A stretch of 64,000 nt of DNA, from sequence record PQ657772.1. The stretch is one strand, 5' to 3'. Under the pieces are notes generated by a model, which was given only the letters and a program-made list of their open reading frames with translations, had not been told where the DNA came from and searched no databases. Below are positions 1-8,424 of the stretch, piece by piece. The position numbers were made by a program, and so were the translations under genes. The stretch's first letter is position 1. Every line of letters starts with the position of its first letter.

Positions 1-117
1 AGTATTATCTACTAAAACAAAAGTTTCACCTTCAGTTTCACCAAATGTACTTAGTGCATAAATGAAGTAGTTTGGTGATGCACTACAATATACATCAGCA
101 TTAATTTCAATCATATT

Positions 118-249
118 TTACACCACAATAAAGCTTAATACAACGAGTGTAATAAACACACCCACGATGGCAGTCATTTCTGGATTTGCATCATATGTGT
201 ATCGGATGCACTTTAGAAAATCTTTACCAAACTTTTTTAGTCCATTCAT
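118..249 (-). CDS. small membrane protein (43 aa, below ORF-track cutoff)
   Basis: Manual translation MNGLKKFGKDFLKCIRYTYDANPEMTAIVGVFITLVVLSFIVV*; one hydrophobic segment. Confidence 0.55.
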   Translation of the reverse strand: MNGLKKFGKDFLKCIRYTYDANPEMTAIVGVFITLVVLSFIVV

Positions 250-260
250 ATATTTTCCTT

Positions 261-617
261 TCATTTCTTGTGTAAAGGGTCGGTACTTTCATAATAGATT
301 GTATCATTATTTCGTTCAATAGTAAAACTCTTTTGACACAACTCTTCAGCTAAACCCTTAGCATAGTTTAATACATCTCGGTTGAGATATATTTCTTCTT
401 TTGGGAAGCGTGGGTACTGAATAATACGAGCACACATTCCACTTTCAAGACCACCCGTGTAGATGTATTCACACGGAATCAATTGTACACAAAATCCAAG
501 CTTGAATGCAAACTTTCGTGTGTACTCTCTTGCTGTTTGGATATCACCAGCAATATGAATATTCCAGTACTGTGTTTCAACTGTACCTTTGTCGATGTAT
601 TTCATACTCATCTCCAA
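261..617 (-). CDS. conserved phage hypothetical protein
   Basis: HIAGD...YIYTGG.E.G...IIQYPRFP pattern familiar from phage proteins; function unknown. Confidence 0.7.
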   Translation of the reverse strand: MEMSMKYIDKGTVETQYWNIHIAGDIQTAREYTRKFAFKLGFCVQLIPCEYIYTGGLESGMCARIIQYPRFPKEEIYLNRDVLNYAKGLAEELCQKSFTIERNNDTIYYESTDPLHKK

Positions 618-634
618 TTATAGCATAAAAAATC

Positions 635-1030
635 CTACTTGCCCAAATCTTCTATAATTCTTTTTATGATATCATTGTTTTCCAGACATAAAGTACTGAA
701 ATTTCTACCTGTTTTTTCATTGAGTTCATTAATCTCAAGCATAAGATAACCATAAGTGATATCTTGGACCCTACTTCGTTTTACCCTTGAGTACAGTCTG
801 ATGGGTACAGATACACGAGTATTCAAAAAGAATTCTGATAAATCATAACGATATACCAGGTATTCATTCTTGTAACGTTTACGACTGTACGATTCTAAAC
901 ACTGTGGGAAACGTCTATCAAACATACTACTTCTTAGTTGAAGTATGATTGGATCTAACTTATGCGAGAAATACTTTTTGATTATTTTATTAAATCTTGT
1001 TACATGTCGTTTACGCCATCTCATAATCAA
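635..1030 (-). CDS. hypothetical protein
   Basis: Tiles with neighbours; ATGA overlap at 1027-1030. Confidence 0.65.
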   Translation of the reverse strand: MIMRWRKRHVTRFNKIIKKYFSHKLDPIILQLRSSMFDRRFPQCLESYSRKRYKNEYLVYRYDLSEFFLNTRVSVPIRLYSRVKRSRVQDITYGYLMLEINELNEKTGRNFSTLCLENNDIIKRIIEDLGK

Positions 1031-1470
1031 ACCTTAAAAAATATAATAGGAAAGTATTTTGTTTCCGAATCTGAAATACTGTTACAGTAATCTTTCAATT
1101 CATCATGGATAACATTCAAATGAATAGTAGGATAGTTCATAGGTTTCTGTACTGGGCCAGTGGCATATACGCAATCTGTTCTATCCCAACTTACATATTG
1201 GGTTGGGTAATTATCTTTAGTACGTTCTTCAATAATAATATTATATTCTGGTGTATTGAATATATACATATCACATTGTGAAATGTACTGAACATTAAAA
1301 TCACCGTCAGTGATATGGATCATGTTCCCATCGCAATATAAGCATGATGGTTCAGTGTATCCTAAAATTGAAGATAAAGTTCTGAAGTTTGCTCCTGGAC
1401 CCAAATATACCAAATTCGTGTGTAAACAAATATCAATGAAACGTTTGAAGACTTCAGTTTCGTTATGCAT
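1027..1470 (-). CDS. hypothetical protein
   Basis: Tiles with neighbours. Confidence 0.7.
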   Translation of the reverse strand: MHNETEVFKRFIDICLHTNLVYLGPGANFRTLSSILGYTEPSCLYCDGNMIHITDGDFNVQYISQCDMYIFNTPEYNIIIEERTKDNYPTQYVSWDRTDCVYATGPVQKPMNYPTIHLNVIHDELKDYCNSISDSETKYFPIIFFKV

Positions 1471-1481
1471 ATAGATACCTT

Positions 1482-1505
1482 AAAAAGACCCCACATAGTG
1501 AGGTC
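1482..1505 (-). terminator. intrinsic terminator
   Basis: GACC/GGTC-closed hairpin followed by T5 on minus strand. Confidence 0.5.
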
Positions 1506-1513
1506 AAACACTT

Positions 1514-1738
1514 TTAAACGTTATCATCATCCAAAGCTTCACGGTACACATAATAAACATGCGTACCTAGAAGAACAATGAGTACAATGAATACTAACCA
1601 GAATGGTACAAAATGCAGTACAAGTGCAAATGCCATTACGGTAATAACCATCACTACTGAACTAAAAATAAGACTAGTAGCTTTTTTAAATCCAGATAGT
1701 ACATCATTCAAAACGCGTTTCATAAATGAATCAACCAT
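1514..1738 (-). CDS. membrane protein
   Basis: Two hydrophobic segments. Confidence 0.7.
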   Translation of the reverse strand: MVDSFMKRVLNDVLSGFKKATSLIFSSVVMVITVMAFALVLHFVPFWLVFIVLIVLLGTHVYYVYREALDDDNV

Positions 1739-2315
1739 TTTTATTCCTCATATAATCCATATAGCAAGTTCTGCATAGACTCTTGTATGATTCATCACCA
1801 CCAATAAAGACTTTATCAGTACTTTCAACTATACGGGCATTCATAGTGGCTTCTTTGCCACACTTCTGATTCTCACACACGTTCTTAAGTTCATGTATGT
1901 CATCAGCTATTTCGAACAGTCTTTGTGAACCTTCAAAAAGATTGGATTCAAAATCTGTTCGTATTCCATAACAGGAAACATCAACACCATAATTATCTGC
2001 TATATCAGCTAAATGGTCAATCTGTTCTCTGTTTAAAAATTGACATTCATCAACATAGATACTGTTAATGTCAACGTCATTTTTGAGTGTTTCTTTAACT
2101 TTAAGAAGAACACTAATGTCATTTTTTGGAATTACTTCAGCCACAGCTTCGATGCCAATTCTTGAAGTAATCTTTCCTGTTCCATAACGATCATCAAGTG
2201 CACTGGTTAAGTAAATTACCTTCATTCCATTTTTCTTATGGTTATATGCTTTTTGTAAAAGATGAGTACTTTTACCACTAGACATACTACCATAGTAATA
2301 TACTAATTTACCCAT
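1731..2315 (-). CDS. tdk: thymidine kinase
   Basis: YGSMSSGKST P-loop, VDECQF, YGIRTDF, LFEGS, Zn-binding Cys, IGGDESY.SLCR. Confidence 0.97.
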   Translation of the reverse strand: MGKLVYYYGSMSSGKSTHLLQKAYNHKKNGMKVIYLTSALDDRYGTGKITSRIGIEAVAEVIPKNDISVLLKVKETLKNDVDINSIYVDECQFLNREQIDHLADIADNYGVDVSCYGIRTDFESNLFEGSQRLFEIADDIHELKNVCENQKCGKEATMNARIVESTDKVFIGGDESYKSLCRTCYMDYMRNKNG

Positions 2316-2646
2316 TTTTAATCCTTAAGTACGTGTGCTTACATTTTAATCTATTACCATAGGATGAAATTGGGATATTGAACATTTCTATTTTACCCTC
2401 TTTTAAAAGACGTAAAATATCTGGATCGTTTTTGGTTTGTACACAATGAAGACCATTGACTTGAATTTCTAAACCATTCTTCAGAAATTCATAAATCTTC
2501 TGTCTACGCTTCCCACCGAAACTTTCATTTCGGATAACATCTCTTAGGTCTTTATATTCTTGTTTTAATTTCCTGTCAAAAAGTGTTCCATCTTTCTTTC
2601 TGATTTCTTCAATACACTTATATTGAGTTTGTCCTCTAAGAGCCAT
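2308..2646 (-). CDS. hypothetical protein
   Basis: Tiles with neighbours. Confidence 0.7.
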   Translation of the reverse strand: MALRGQTQYKCIEEIRKKDGTLFDRKLKQEYKDLRDVIRNESFGGKRRQKIYEFLKNGLEIQVNGLHCVQTKNDPDILRLLKEGKIEMFNIPISSYGNRLKCKHTYLRIKNG

Positions 2647-3115
2647 ATTTGACCTCGTTGGGATATTTCTTCATTAACTCATGTAAACGTTGAATTTCCT
2701 GATTTTTCTTATGTTCTTCATCATACTTCTTAGAAAGATTCTTTCTTGTATTTGTTTCTAATAATCTAAAATTAGTACAGAATCTATCATTTTTAGCAAC
2801 GTTCTTACGTAACGCATCAAAAACAGTACTGAAATAGTTATCCAATGGAAAAGAAGTATCAGTGTAATTATAAAAATCCATTACATTTGTCATGTTCACA
2901 TGTTCAATTACCGCACCATTGTGCGTTACAATAAACATTATATCACCATAATTACAATTTGCATCAGTACGGTACAGATATAAATGATCACGTAAATAAT
3001 CTTTTAATTTATGTTCAATACCACTTTGTTCAGTACTTTGAAATACCAAAACTTCACCATAGATTGTATTACCTTCATAATCATTTGGTTCGCGGATAAT
3101 TGTAAGGTTATACAT
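2636..3115 (-). CDS. hypothetical protein
   Basis: Tiles with neighbours. Confidence 0.7.
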   Translation of the reverse strand: MYNLTIIREPNDYEGNTIYGEVLVFQSTEQSGIEHKLKDYLRDHLYLYRTDANCNYGDIMFIVTHNGAVIEHVNMTNVMDFYNYTDTSFPLDNYFSTVFDALRKNVAKNDRFCTNFRLLETNTRKNLSKKYDEEHKKNQEIQRLHELMKKYPNEVKYGS

Positions 3116-3123
3116 ATAACTCC

Positions 3124-3414
3124 TTATACCGGAGATACGGTACTCAGCATTAGTAGAGCAGTGTTTTCATCAATTTCATGTTGATTGTCGCACACTAGAT
3201 TTTCCAATAGGTCTGGATTGTAATAATAATGTTCATAATCTGTATCATTTGGAATATGGTGATAGGTGAATACAATGTCAAATACATCATCATCATTTTC
3301 ACTTTTGAAACGCTTTAATTCTTCTACACTTTCAACAAAACCATACTCTTCAAAAGCAGTAGTACCATCAGTAAGTTTCATCCATGCACTTGCGACAATT
3401 TTCATAAATTTCAA
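3124..3414 (-). CDS. hypothetical protein
   Basis: Acidic ORF with SD; tiles. Confidence 0.7.
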   Translation of the reverse strand: MKFMKIVASAWMKLTDGTTAFEEYGFVESVEELKRFKSENDDDVFDIVFTYHHIPNDTDYEHYYYNPDLLENLVCDNQHEIDENTALLMLSTVSPV

Positions 3415-3418
3415 ATCC

Positions 3419-4006
3419 TTATTCTTTTGTAATGTTTAGTTTAGAAACGAAATGGTTTTTTGCTTCTTCAAATGTCATTGAAGTATATACTGGGTTCCAA
3501 TTATCGTCAAGATCTGTAAGTACTTTAACTTCCATTACATCTTCAGGTGTGTAGAATTGCCATGTGTTATGATCTGGTTCATAATTAGGGTCTAGTGTGA
3601 AAACTGTTCCATTCTGACCATAAACTTGTCCATCCTCTAATAGCTCACGAAATAAGTCTTCCCCAGTTGTTGGGTCTTCGTATGCATTATAAAAAGGAAA
3701 AACAACATTCTCAACATCAGTTCGGGTAGTACCATCGTCTTCATCATATTCAACCAAACGGTCCTGATGAAATACTAGGTCAATAGCACCAATGCGAGGT
3801 TTATTATGTGGAGTTTTGATTTCTTGCTGGGAATTGTAATCAATACGTTCAGTACTGATGAATACACCACTTGGTGTGATTTCAATACCAGACACATTTT
3901 CTGGTGAATAGCACGCTTCACACATATCATCAATATACATGTGCTCATGATACACTTCCATTTCAGGGTTCTGCATCAACAGTGCTGCTAGGTCTTTTGC
4001 TTTCAA
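3419..4006 (-). CDS. hypothetical protein, paralogue of 4746-5363
   Basis: MKAKDLAALL...ITPSGVF...FYTPEDV shared with the 4746 ORF. Confidence 0.75.
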   Translation of the reverse strand: MKAKDLAALLMQNPEMEVYHEHMYIDDMCEACYSPENVSGIEITPSGVFISTERIDYNSQQEIKTPHNKPRIGAIDLVFHQDRLVEYDEDDGTTRTDVENVVFPFYNAYEDPTTGEDLFRELLEDGQVYGQNGTVFTLDPNYEPDHNTWQFYTPEDVMEVKVLTDLDDNWNPVYTSMTFEEAKNHFVSKLNITKE

Positions 4007-4395
4007 TCTTCAATCTCCATAGAGTCATCACTTTCGTAATCATCACTAGTGTACTTAGTTTTTACCTCAATACCATTCTCATGTAGGTATGTGATAAAGC
4101 CATTACCATGGACGAATTGATTATAATATGTATTTTCTTCTACATGTGAGTCATAATCATCTTCGTAATATGTGGGCATTGTAACATCATGACCTGCACT
4201 TTGCAAGTACTGGAACAATTCTTTCAGAACTACTTCGATATCACCTTCTTCTGTGCCATAACAATATGCAGGTTCACCGTGAGTGAATTTGAATCCTTTA
4301 CAGGAAACTGTATAAATGTCACTCATGTTCATACCACAATCATCACATTCATGTATAGAACAATGCTGGTGGAATTTAATCTTTTTGATTTGCAT
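4003..4395 (-). CDS. hypothetical protein with CxxC
   Basis: HECDDCG; tiles. Confidence 0.7.
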   Translation of the reverse strand: MQIKKIKFHQHCSIHECDDCGMNMSDIYTVSCKGFKFTHGEPAYCYGTEEGDIEVVLKELFQYLQSAGHDVTMPTYYEDDYDSHVEENTYYNQFVHGNGFITYLHENGIEVKTKYTSDDYESDDSMEIED

Positions 4396-4729
4396 TTAGA
4401 AAATCCTGTAAAGATGTAGTAGACATTGGACTATCAGCACCATCATACCACAGTGATGTATATGGCTGAACTGAACTAATATCAATACAGAATCCTTCAC
4501 GCTCACATTTTCGAGCGAATTCTTCAGTAGTTAGTTTGTTACCAAAAGAAATCTCAAATTCATAACTAGACATATCAATATCAGTACTGTAAATCAATGT
4601 ACCATCATATGTAATATGGAGTTTAGAATCTGCGTCAAAAAGACGATCTGAAATAGCTTCATAATCATCTTCAGGAACTGCTTCAATAAGACGGGCCATT
4701 AGTCCAGATGTTACGCGGTAATCACTCAT
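4376..4729 (-). CDS. hypothetical protein
   Basis: Tiles. Confidence 0.7.
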   Translation of the reverse strand: MSDYRVTSGLMARLIEAVPEDDYEAISDRLFDADSKLHITYDGTLIYSTDIDMSSYEFEISFGNKLTTEEFARKCEREGFCIDISSVQPYTSLWYDGADSPMSTTSLQDFLNANQKD

Positions 4730-4745
4730 TTTTTAATCCTTTTTT

Positions 4746-5363
4746 TTATTTTTCAAGTTTATCAATAATAGAAGGTGATACTTTTACATTGAATTCAGAA
4801 TCAGGAAAATCTTTAGAAAATGAATCAATTTGTTCTTGTGAAAGTTCTTCTTTTTGTGGAAATAACATTTTAACTAAATTTTTACCACATTCAATTGCTT
4901 CATCATACGACATAGTTTCCCATGTTCCATGCCAAGTACTAGGTTCATATTCTGTCAGTACAGAAATGAAATCAATATCATCGGGTGTATACCAAACAGC
5001 ATTTTGATTCCCTGATGGTGCTGATTGATTTTTACCTAATAAAACAATTGGCTTTTCATAAGGAATGTTAAATATCAACCCAGATTCTAAGTTAAGAACA
5101 GTTTGAATAGATGAACCCTCCAATTTTGGAGTAATAGTACCATCCTTAAAGAAAATTTGTACATGACCCAAGAGTGGGGTTTCATATGGTGTAAGTACAT
5201 TTTCAGAAACTGATGTGGGTTTTGCCGTTGTGAAAATACCAGATGGGGTGACCATTAATTTATTATCAAAATTCTGATAATGCAATTCACTATCCACATC
5301 ATAATGATAAATGTCTAGATTTGGTTGAGATAGTAGTAATTTTGCTAAATCATGAGATTTCAT
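4746..5363 (-). CDS. hypothetical protein, paralogue of 3419-4006
   Basis: Likely start MKSHDLAKLL after GGAGA SD; VTPSGIF, WYTPDDI. Confidence 0.75.
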   Translation of the reverse strand: MKSHDLAKLLLSQPNLDIYHYDVDSELHYQNFDNKLMVTPSGIFTTAKPTSVSENVLTPYETPLLGHVQIFFKDGTITPKLEGSSIQTVLNLESGLIFNIPYEKPIVLLGKNQSAPSGNQNAVWYTPDDIDFISVLTEYEPSTWHGTWETMSYDEAIECGKNLVKMLFPQKEELSQEQIDSFSKDFPDSEFNVKVSPSIIDKLEK

Positions 5364-5374
5364 TTTATTTCTCC

Positions 5375-5404
5375 AAAAGAAAAGGAGAGTCATTGTGACT
5401 CTCC
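5375..5404 (-). terminator. intrinsic terminator
   Basis: GGAGAGTCA-CAA-TGACTCTCC stem followed by T-rich tail. Confidence 0.8.
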
Positions 5405-5411
5405 ATATATT

Positions 5412-5852
5412 TTATTGTAAAACTTTGAGTTTGTAAAGCATTCCTTCACAAAAACTCATAATGTCTTCTAGCGTGTTAGTACTACCATAGTCTTCAGCCT
5501 CTTCTAGCATAGCATGAATGGCTTTACATTGACTAACATATTCTTCAAGAATTGGTACACAATCCTCGATAGGGGTAAAACGATAACTGTTACCAGTACC
5601 TACCTGCAATGCCCCGTGAGTGTTCATAATACCCTCTACAAATGCATCAACGTACTCAGGTAACTCTTTGTATAGTTCATCCAATTGTAGGTGCTTCGTG
5701 TAGAAATGGCTCTGTAAATGCCAGTTGTGAGCAGCAGCACTTAAAAATAAACTATTCTCAATAAATGTAAGTAGTACTTCATCATAAGAACTATCTTCTT
5801 CAGTATCTCCGATAAAGTCCATTACATGTCGTAAATCATTAATATTTTCCAT
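5412..5852 (-). CDS. Dps/ferritin-like protein
   Basis: AHNWHLQ...KHLQLDELYKELPEYVDAFVE resembles the Dps ferroxidase helices (H..W, H...DELY....D...E). Confidence 0.8.
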   Translation of the reverse strand: MENINDLRHVMDFIGDTEEDSSYDEVLLTFIENSLFLSAAAHNWHLQSHFYTKHLQLDELYKELPEYVDAFVEGIMNTHGALQVGTGNSYRFTPIEDCVPILEEYVSQCKAIHAMLEEAEDYGSTNTLEDIMSFCEGMLYKLKVLQ

Positions 5853-5882
5853 AAATCTCTCCTTAGAGTTATTCTATGGTAT

Positions 5883-6311
5883 TTAGTTAATAATAAAGGT
5901 AACTTCAGGATTCATTTCTGAAACTGCATTTCTCTTACTTCTATTCCATAGTACTCTATTGTTATATAATGAAGAATCACAAATTATAAGTAAGCAATTC
6001 CTTAATCTACTTACAGTACTTTGATTACTTAAATCAGTTTCTGTAACAAAAAATACATTATCAGGAACTTCTACAGGAATTGATTTATCAAAGAAGAAAA
6101 CTACAATAGGTCTGTTTGTATGAACTAAATTAATAAAGTCTAAAATACTGTTATAAAATTCAGTTCCTTTGTTTAAACTTAATGGATCTTTGATTCTCTT
6201 CAAATAGGTCTGAACCAAATTATGATCGCTTTTGATTTGATACTCAAAATATTCTTTGAATAACATTTGTGTTAATTCAGATGTATTGGATATTTTCGTT
6301 GTGTTACTCAT
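5883..6311 (-). CDS. hypothetical protein
   Basis: ORF directly downstream of ncRNA-like element A. Confidence 0.65.
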   Translation of the reverse strand: MSNTTKISNTSELTQMLFKEYFEYQIKSDHNLVQTYLKRIKDPLSLNKGTEFYNSILDFINLVHTNRPIVVFFFDKSIPVEVPDNVFFVTETDLSNQSTVSRLRNCLLIICDSSLYNNRVLWNRSKRNAVSEMNPEVTFIIN

Positions 6312-6397
6312 TCACTTCGTTCTCTCGTAACTCAAGAAGTCACTACGTTTACTTCGTAAACTAGTTCCTTCTGAAAATGATAATGTACTTTAAAAGC

Positions 6398-6966
6398 TTG
6401 ACGGGATTTGTTGAGGACTATTTCATCCCCCCGCAGGGGAATGAAGGTAATAAAAAAGAGACAATTAAGTCTCTCTTGACGATGATGGCATCGGATATTA
6501 TCGAATTGCGAATTTCTCAAATTTTGGACGGATCTTTCCTGTACCAAAATTTAGAGAGCGAAAGCGGGTTGCTCGGTTTCTCTCTATCGCAGTCATATGC
6601 AACGGTCGCTGGTCTTTTCATCAACAGCACTCAGTACTAAACTCTATTCGATCAAAGTAGTACCTGTTCTCAAATTTTGGACGCAACTTTCTTGTAAAAT
6701 CGCGTCCACAATCCTTGAACTCCCTTAGCAAATTCGTAAGGTGCGAACCTTATACATCTATCTAGGAACTCTCTGTGTGCTTATTGGAGTTCTTTATACA
6801 GCCGTGTCGCCGTGATTCGTGGTCTTATCTCGTGTTTGTTTGATTGCCAGTACTCTAACAGGTTTCTTTTGCTGTTCGCTACAACGGTAAAGCTCATCTA
6901 TCCTTTACATTTTCAAGAGAAGTAGGTTCTCATTATCCATTTTTCAATGTCCGTTGTCATTTTACA
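6398..6966 (-). ncRNA. putative large structured ncRNA, copy A (family unassigned)
   Basis: GC-elevated intergenic block sharing at least 8 collinear conserved blocks with 58749-59216; compensatory changes; G.U pairs only work on the minus strand; promoter at 6973-7000. Confidence 0.7.
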
Positions 6967-6972
6967 ATATAC

Positions 6973-7000
6973 ATTATATCACTAGGATGTATTATGTCCC
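6973..7000 (-). promoter_or_regulatory. promoter GGGACA-N13-TGA-TATAAT driving element A
   Basis: Read directly; same architecture at six other sites. Confidence 0.8.
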
Positions 7001-7001
7001 G

Positions 7002-7400
7002 TTACATGTATACCTTTTTCAAATCCTTGGAACAACGGTCAAAAATTGTGTTGATGAATTCGACATCCTCTTTGATATTGGAGTCTATAGCATCATTCTC
7101 GTTTCTTGTTGTGTTCCTGTATTTGTGTTCAGGGTGATTGTATACCACCTTGACTACATTATTTAGGTCTACAAAAAATGACGATTTTTGCGTATAGGAA
7201 GCCTGAAGCTTGATGAGTTTACCATCGTTTTGTAGATTAGTCTTGTGAATTAGTTCTTCAATACCATCTAAATGGCTATAGCTATCCTGTTCTTTGACGA
7301 ATGTAACAGTTACCAGTACTGACTTCTCATCTCCAAAGTCAGAGATATTTTTAACAGCACTGATGATTTCTAAGTTTGAAAAATCTAATTCTTTTAGCAT
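7002..7400 (-). CDS. hypothetical protein
   Basis: Likely start MLKEL at 7400 (TAATG overlap). Confidence 0.65.
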   Translation of the reverse strand: MLKELDFSNLEIISAVKNISDFGDEKSVLVTVTFVKEQDSYSHLDGIEELIHKTNLQNDGKLIKLQASYTQKSSFFVDLNNVVKVVYNHPEHKYRNTTRNENDAIDSNIKEDVEFINTIFDRCSKDLKKVYM

Positions 7401-7756
7401 TACAAATATTTCCACAAAGTTCGATAAGTGATAATTTCTTCTCTGGTAACAGAAACTTCATAGCACTTAACACCATCAGTTTCATTTCTGAATGGTTCTG
7501 CTGGTCTATCTTCTGTTAAACCTCGTTCATACGTACAATGATAATATTTGTTCGTGTTCATGTCAAGAAAAACTAGATCAAATTCTTCTGTCCATCGTCT
7601 ATGCCCTTTACTTTCATTACTAATGATTTTGTACTTAACATCGGGATTGAATGATTCAGTACTGTCATCCCATGTACCATAGTCAGTATATTCATCATCT
7701 TCATCTAACTCTGCCAGATGCCACATTAACTGCGGTAAAAAGATTTTAGATTTCAT
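7400..7756 (-). CDS. hypothetical phage protein
   Basis: GHRRWTE...YERGLTEDRPAEPF; GGAGA SD. Confidence 0.75.
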   Translation of the reverse strand: MKSKIFLPQLMWHLAELDEDDEYTDYGTWDDSTESFNPDVKYKIISNESKGHRRWTEEFDLVFLDMNTNKYYHCTYERGLTEDRPAEPFRNETDGVKCYEVSVTREEIITYRTLWKYL

Positions 7757-7767
7757 TTATTTTCTCC

Positions 7768-7800
7768 AAAAAAATAGGGACTCGATTTCTCAAGTCCCTA
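7768..7800 (-). terminator. intrinsic terminator
   Basis: TAGGGACT...AGTCCCTA stem plus T run. Confidence 0.8.
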
Positions 7801-7810
7801 TCATAACATA

Positions 7811-8422
7811 TTAATTGTGATTATTCAATTTCTTTTGTTCTTTTTTTAGAGCTTTCATATGTCGTCCAAAATCACGAACATGCCATATATGGTCGGTTTC
7901 CCATAGTTCTGTACGTAAACGGCGTTCTTCCAATTCTTCTGGCGTAGGAATTTTAGATTTCTTCTTATCTTTATTGAAAAAATCATTCATATGTTCTTCC
8001 AGTAGATTTCTACCCTTAACTTTTTCCAGGAATTCATCTACTGATTCAGTTTTATTAGAACGAAGACTGTTACAACGTGAACACATGGTGTTGTAATTTG
8101 ACTCTAAATCAGGTCCACCCTTAGATGCTAGTTGGTTATGATCTACTGTCATCAGTACTTCATATAGACCACAAACTGCATAGACATTTAAGTGAGGTTT
8201 ACCATATACCGGATCAGTGCTATGTGAACGCTCAATGCGAACTTCAGTGGCTTCAATACCACACGCAACGCATTTACGATTCTTAACGAATGTAAGTACT
8301 TTTTGTGGGAAGTATCGGAAAGTAACACCGTTATATGTATAGCGTTTCATCTGCGTACTTCTTTGATTTAACTCATCAAGAAGTGATAGTTTGGCAACAT
8401 AGTAGACCTGATATTTTGACAT
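7811..8422 (-). CDS. HNH endonuclease-domain protein
   Basis: CVACG...TVDHNQLASKGG...N...MCSRCNSLRSN. Confidence 0.85.
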   Translation of the reverse strand: MSKYQVYYVAKLSLLDELNQRSTQMKRYTYNGVTFRYFPQKVLTFVKNRKCVACGIEATEVRIERSHSTDPVYGKPHLNVYAVCGLYEVLMTVDHNQLASKGGPDLESNYNTMCSRCNSLRSNKTESVDEFLEKVKGRNLLEEHMNDFFNKDKKKSKIPTPEELEERRLRTELWETDHIWHVRDFGRHMKALKKEQKKLNNHN

Positions 8423-8424
8423 TT

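Noticed and set aside
6332-6640. ORFs inside element A (6332-6547 minus, 6377-6640 plus) and B (58743-58988 minus), two of which share F.PLRGDEI
   Set aside because: The shared peptide comes from one conserved nucleotide block. The rest is frame-incompatible, and the substitutions are base-pair compensatory rather than codon-conserving.
6870-6900. Hammerhead-like core AUGAG-stem-CGAA in both elements
   Set aside because: It reads UAGAUGA rather than CUGAUGA, GAA is followed by C, no stem I/III with an NUH site was found, and the UAG pairs with the upstream CUA.
6398-6966. Group I/II intron, tmRNA or RNase P identity for the elements
   Set aside because: They do not interrupt a gene. I found no conserved P7 R/S pair, domain V, tRNA-like ends or GAGGAAAGUCC core in both copies. 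A formal Rfam search is still needed.
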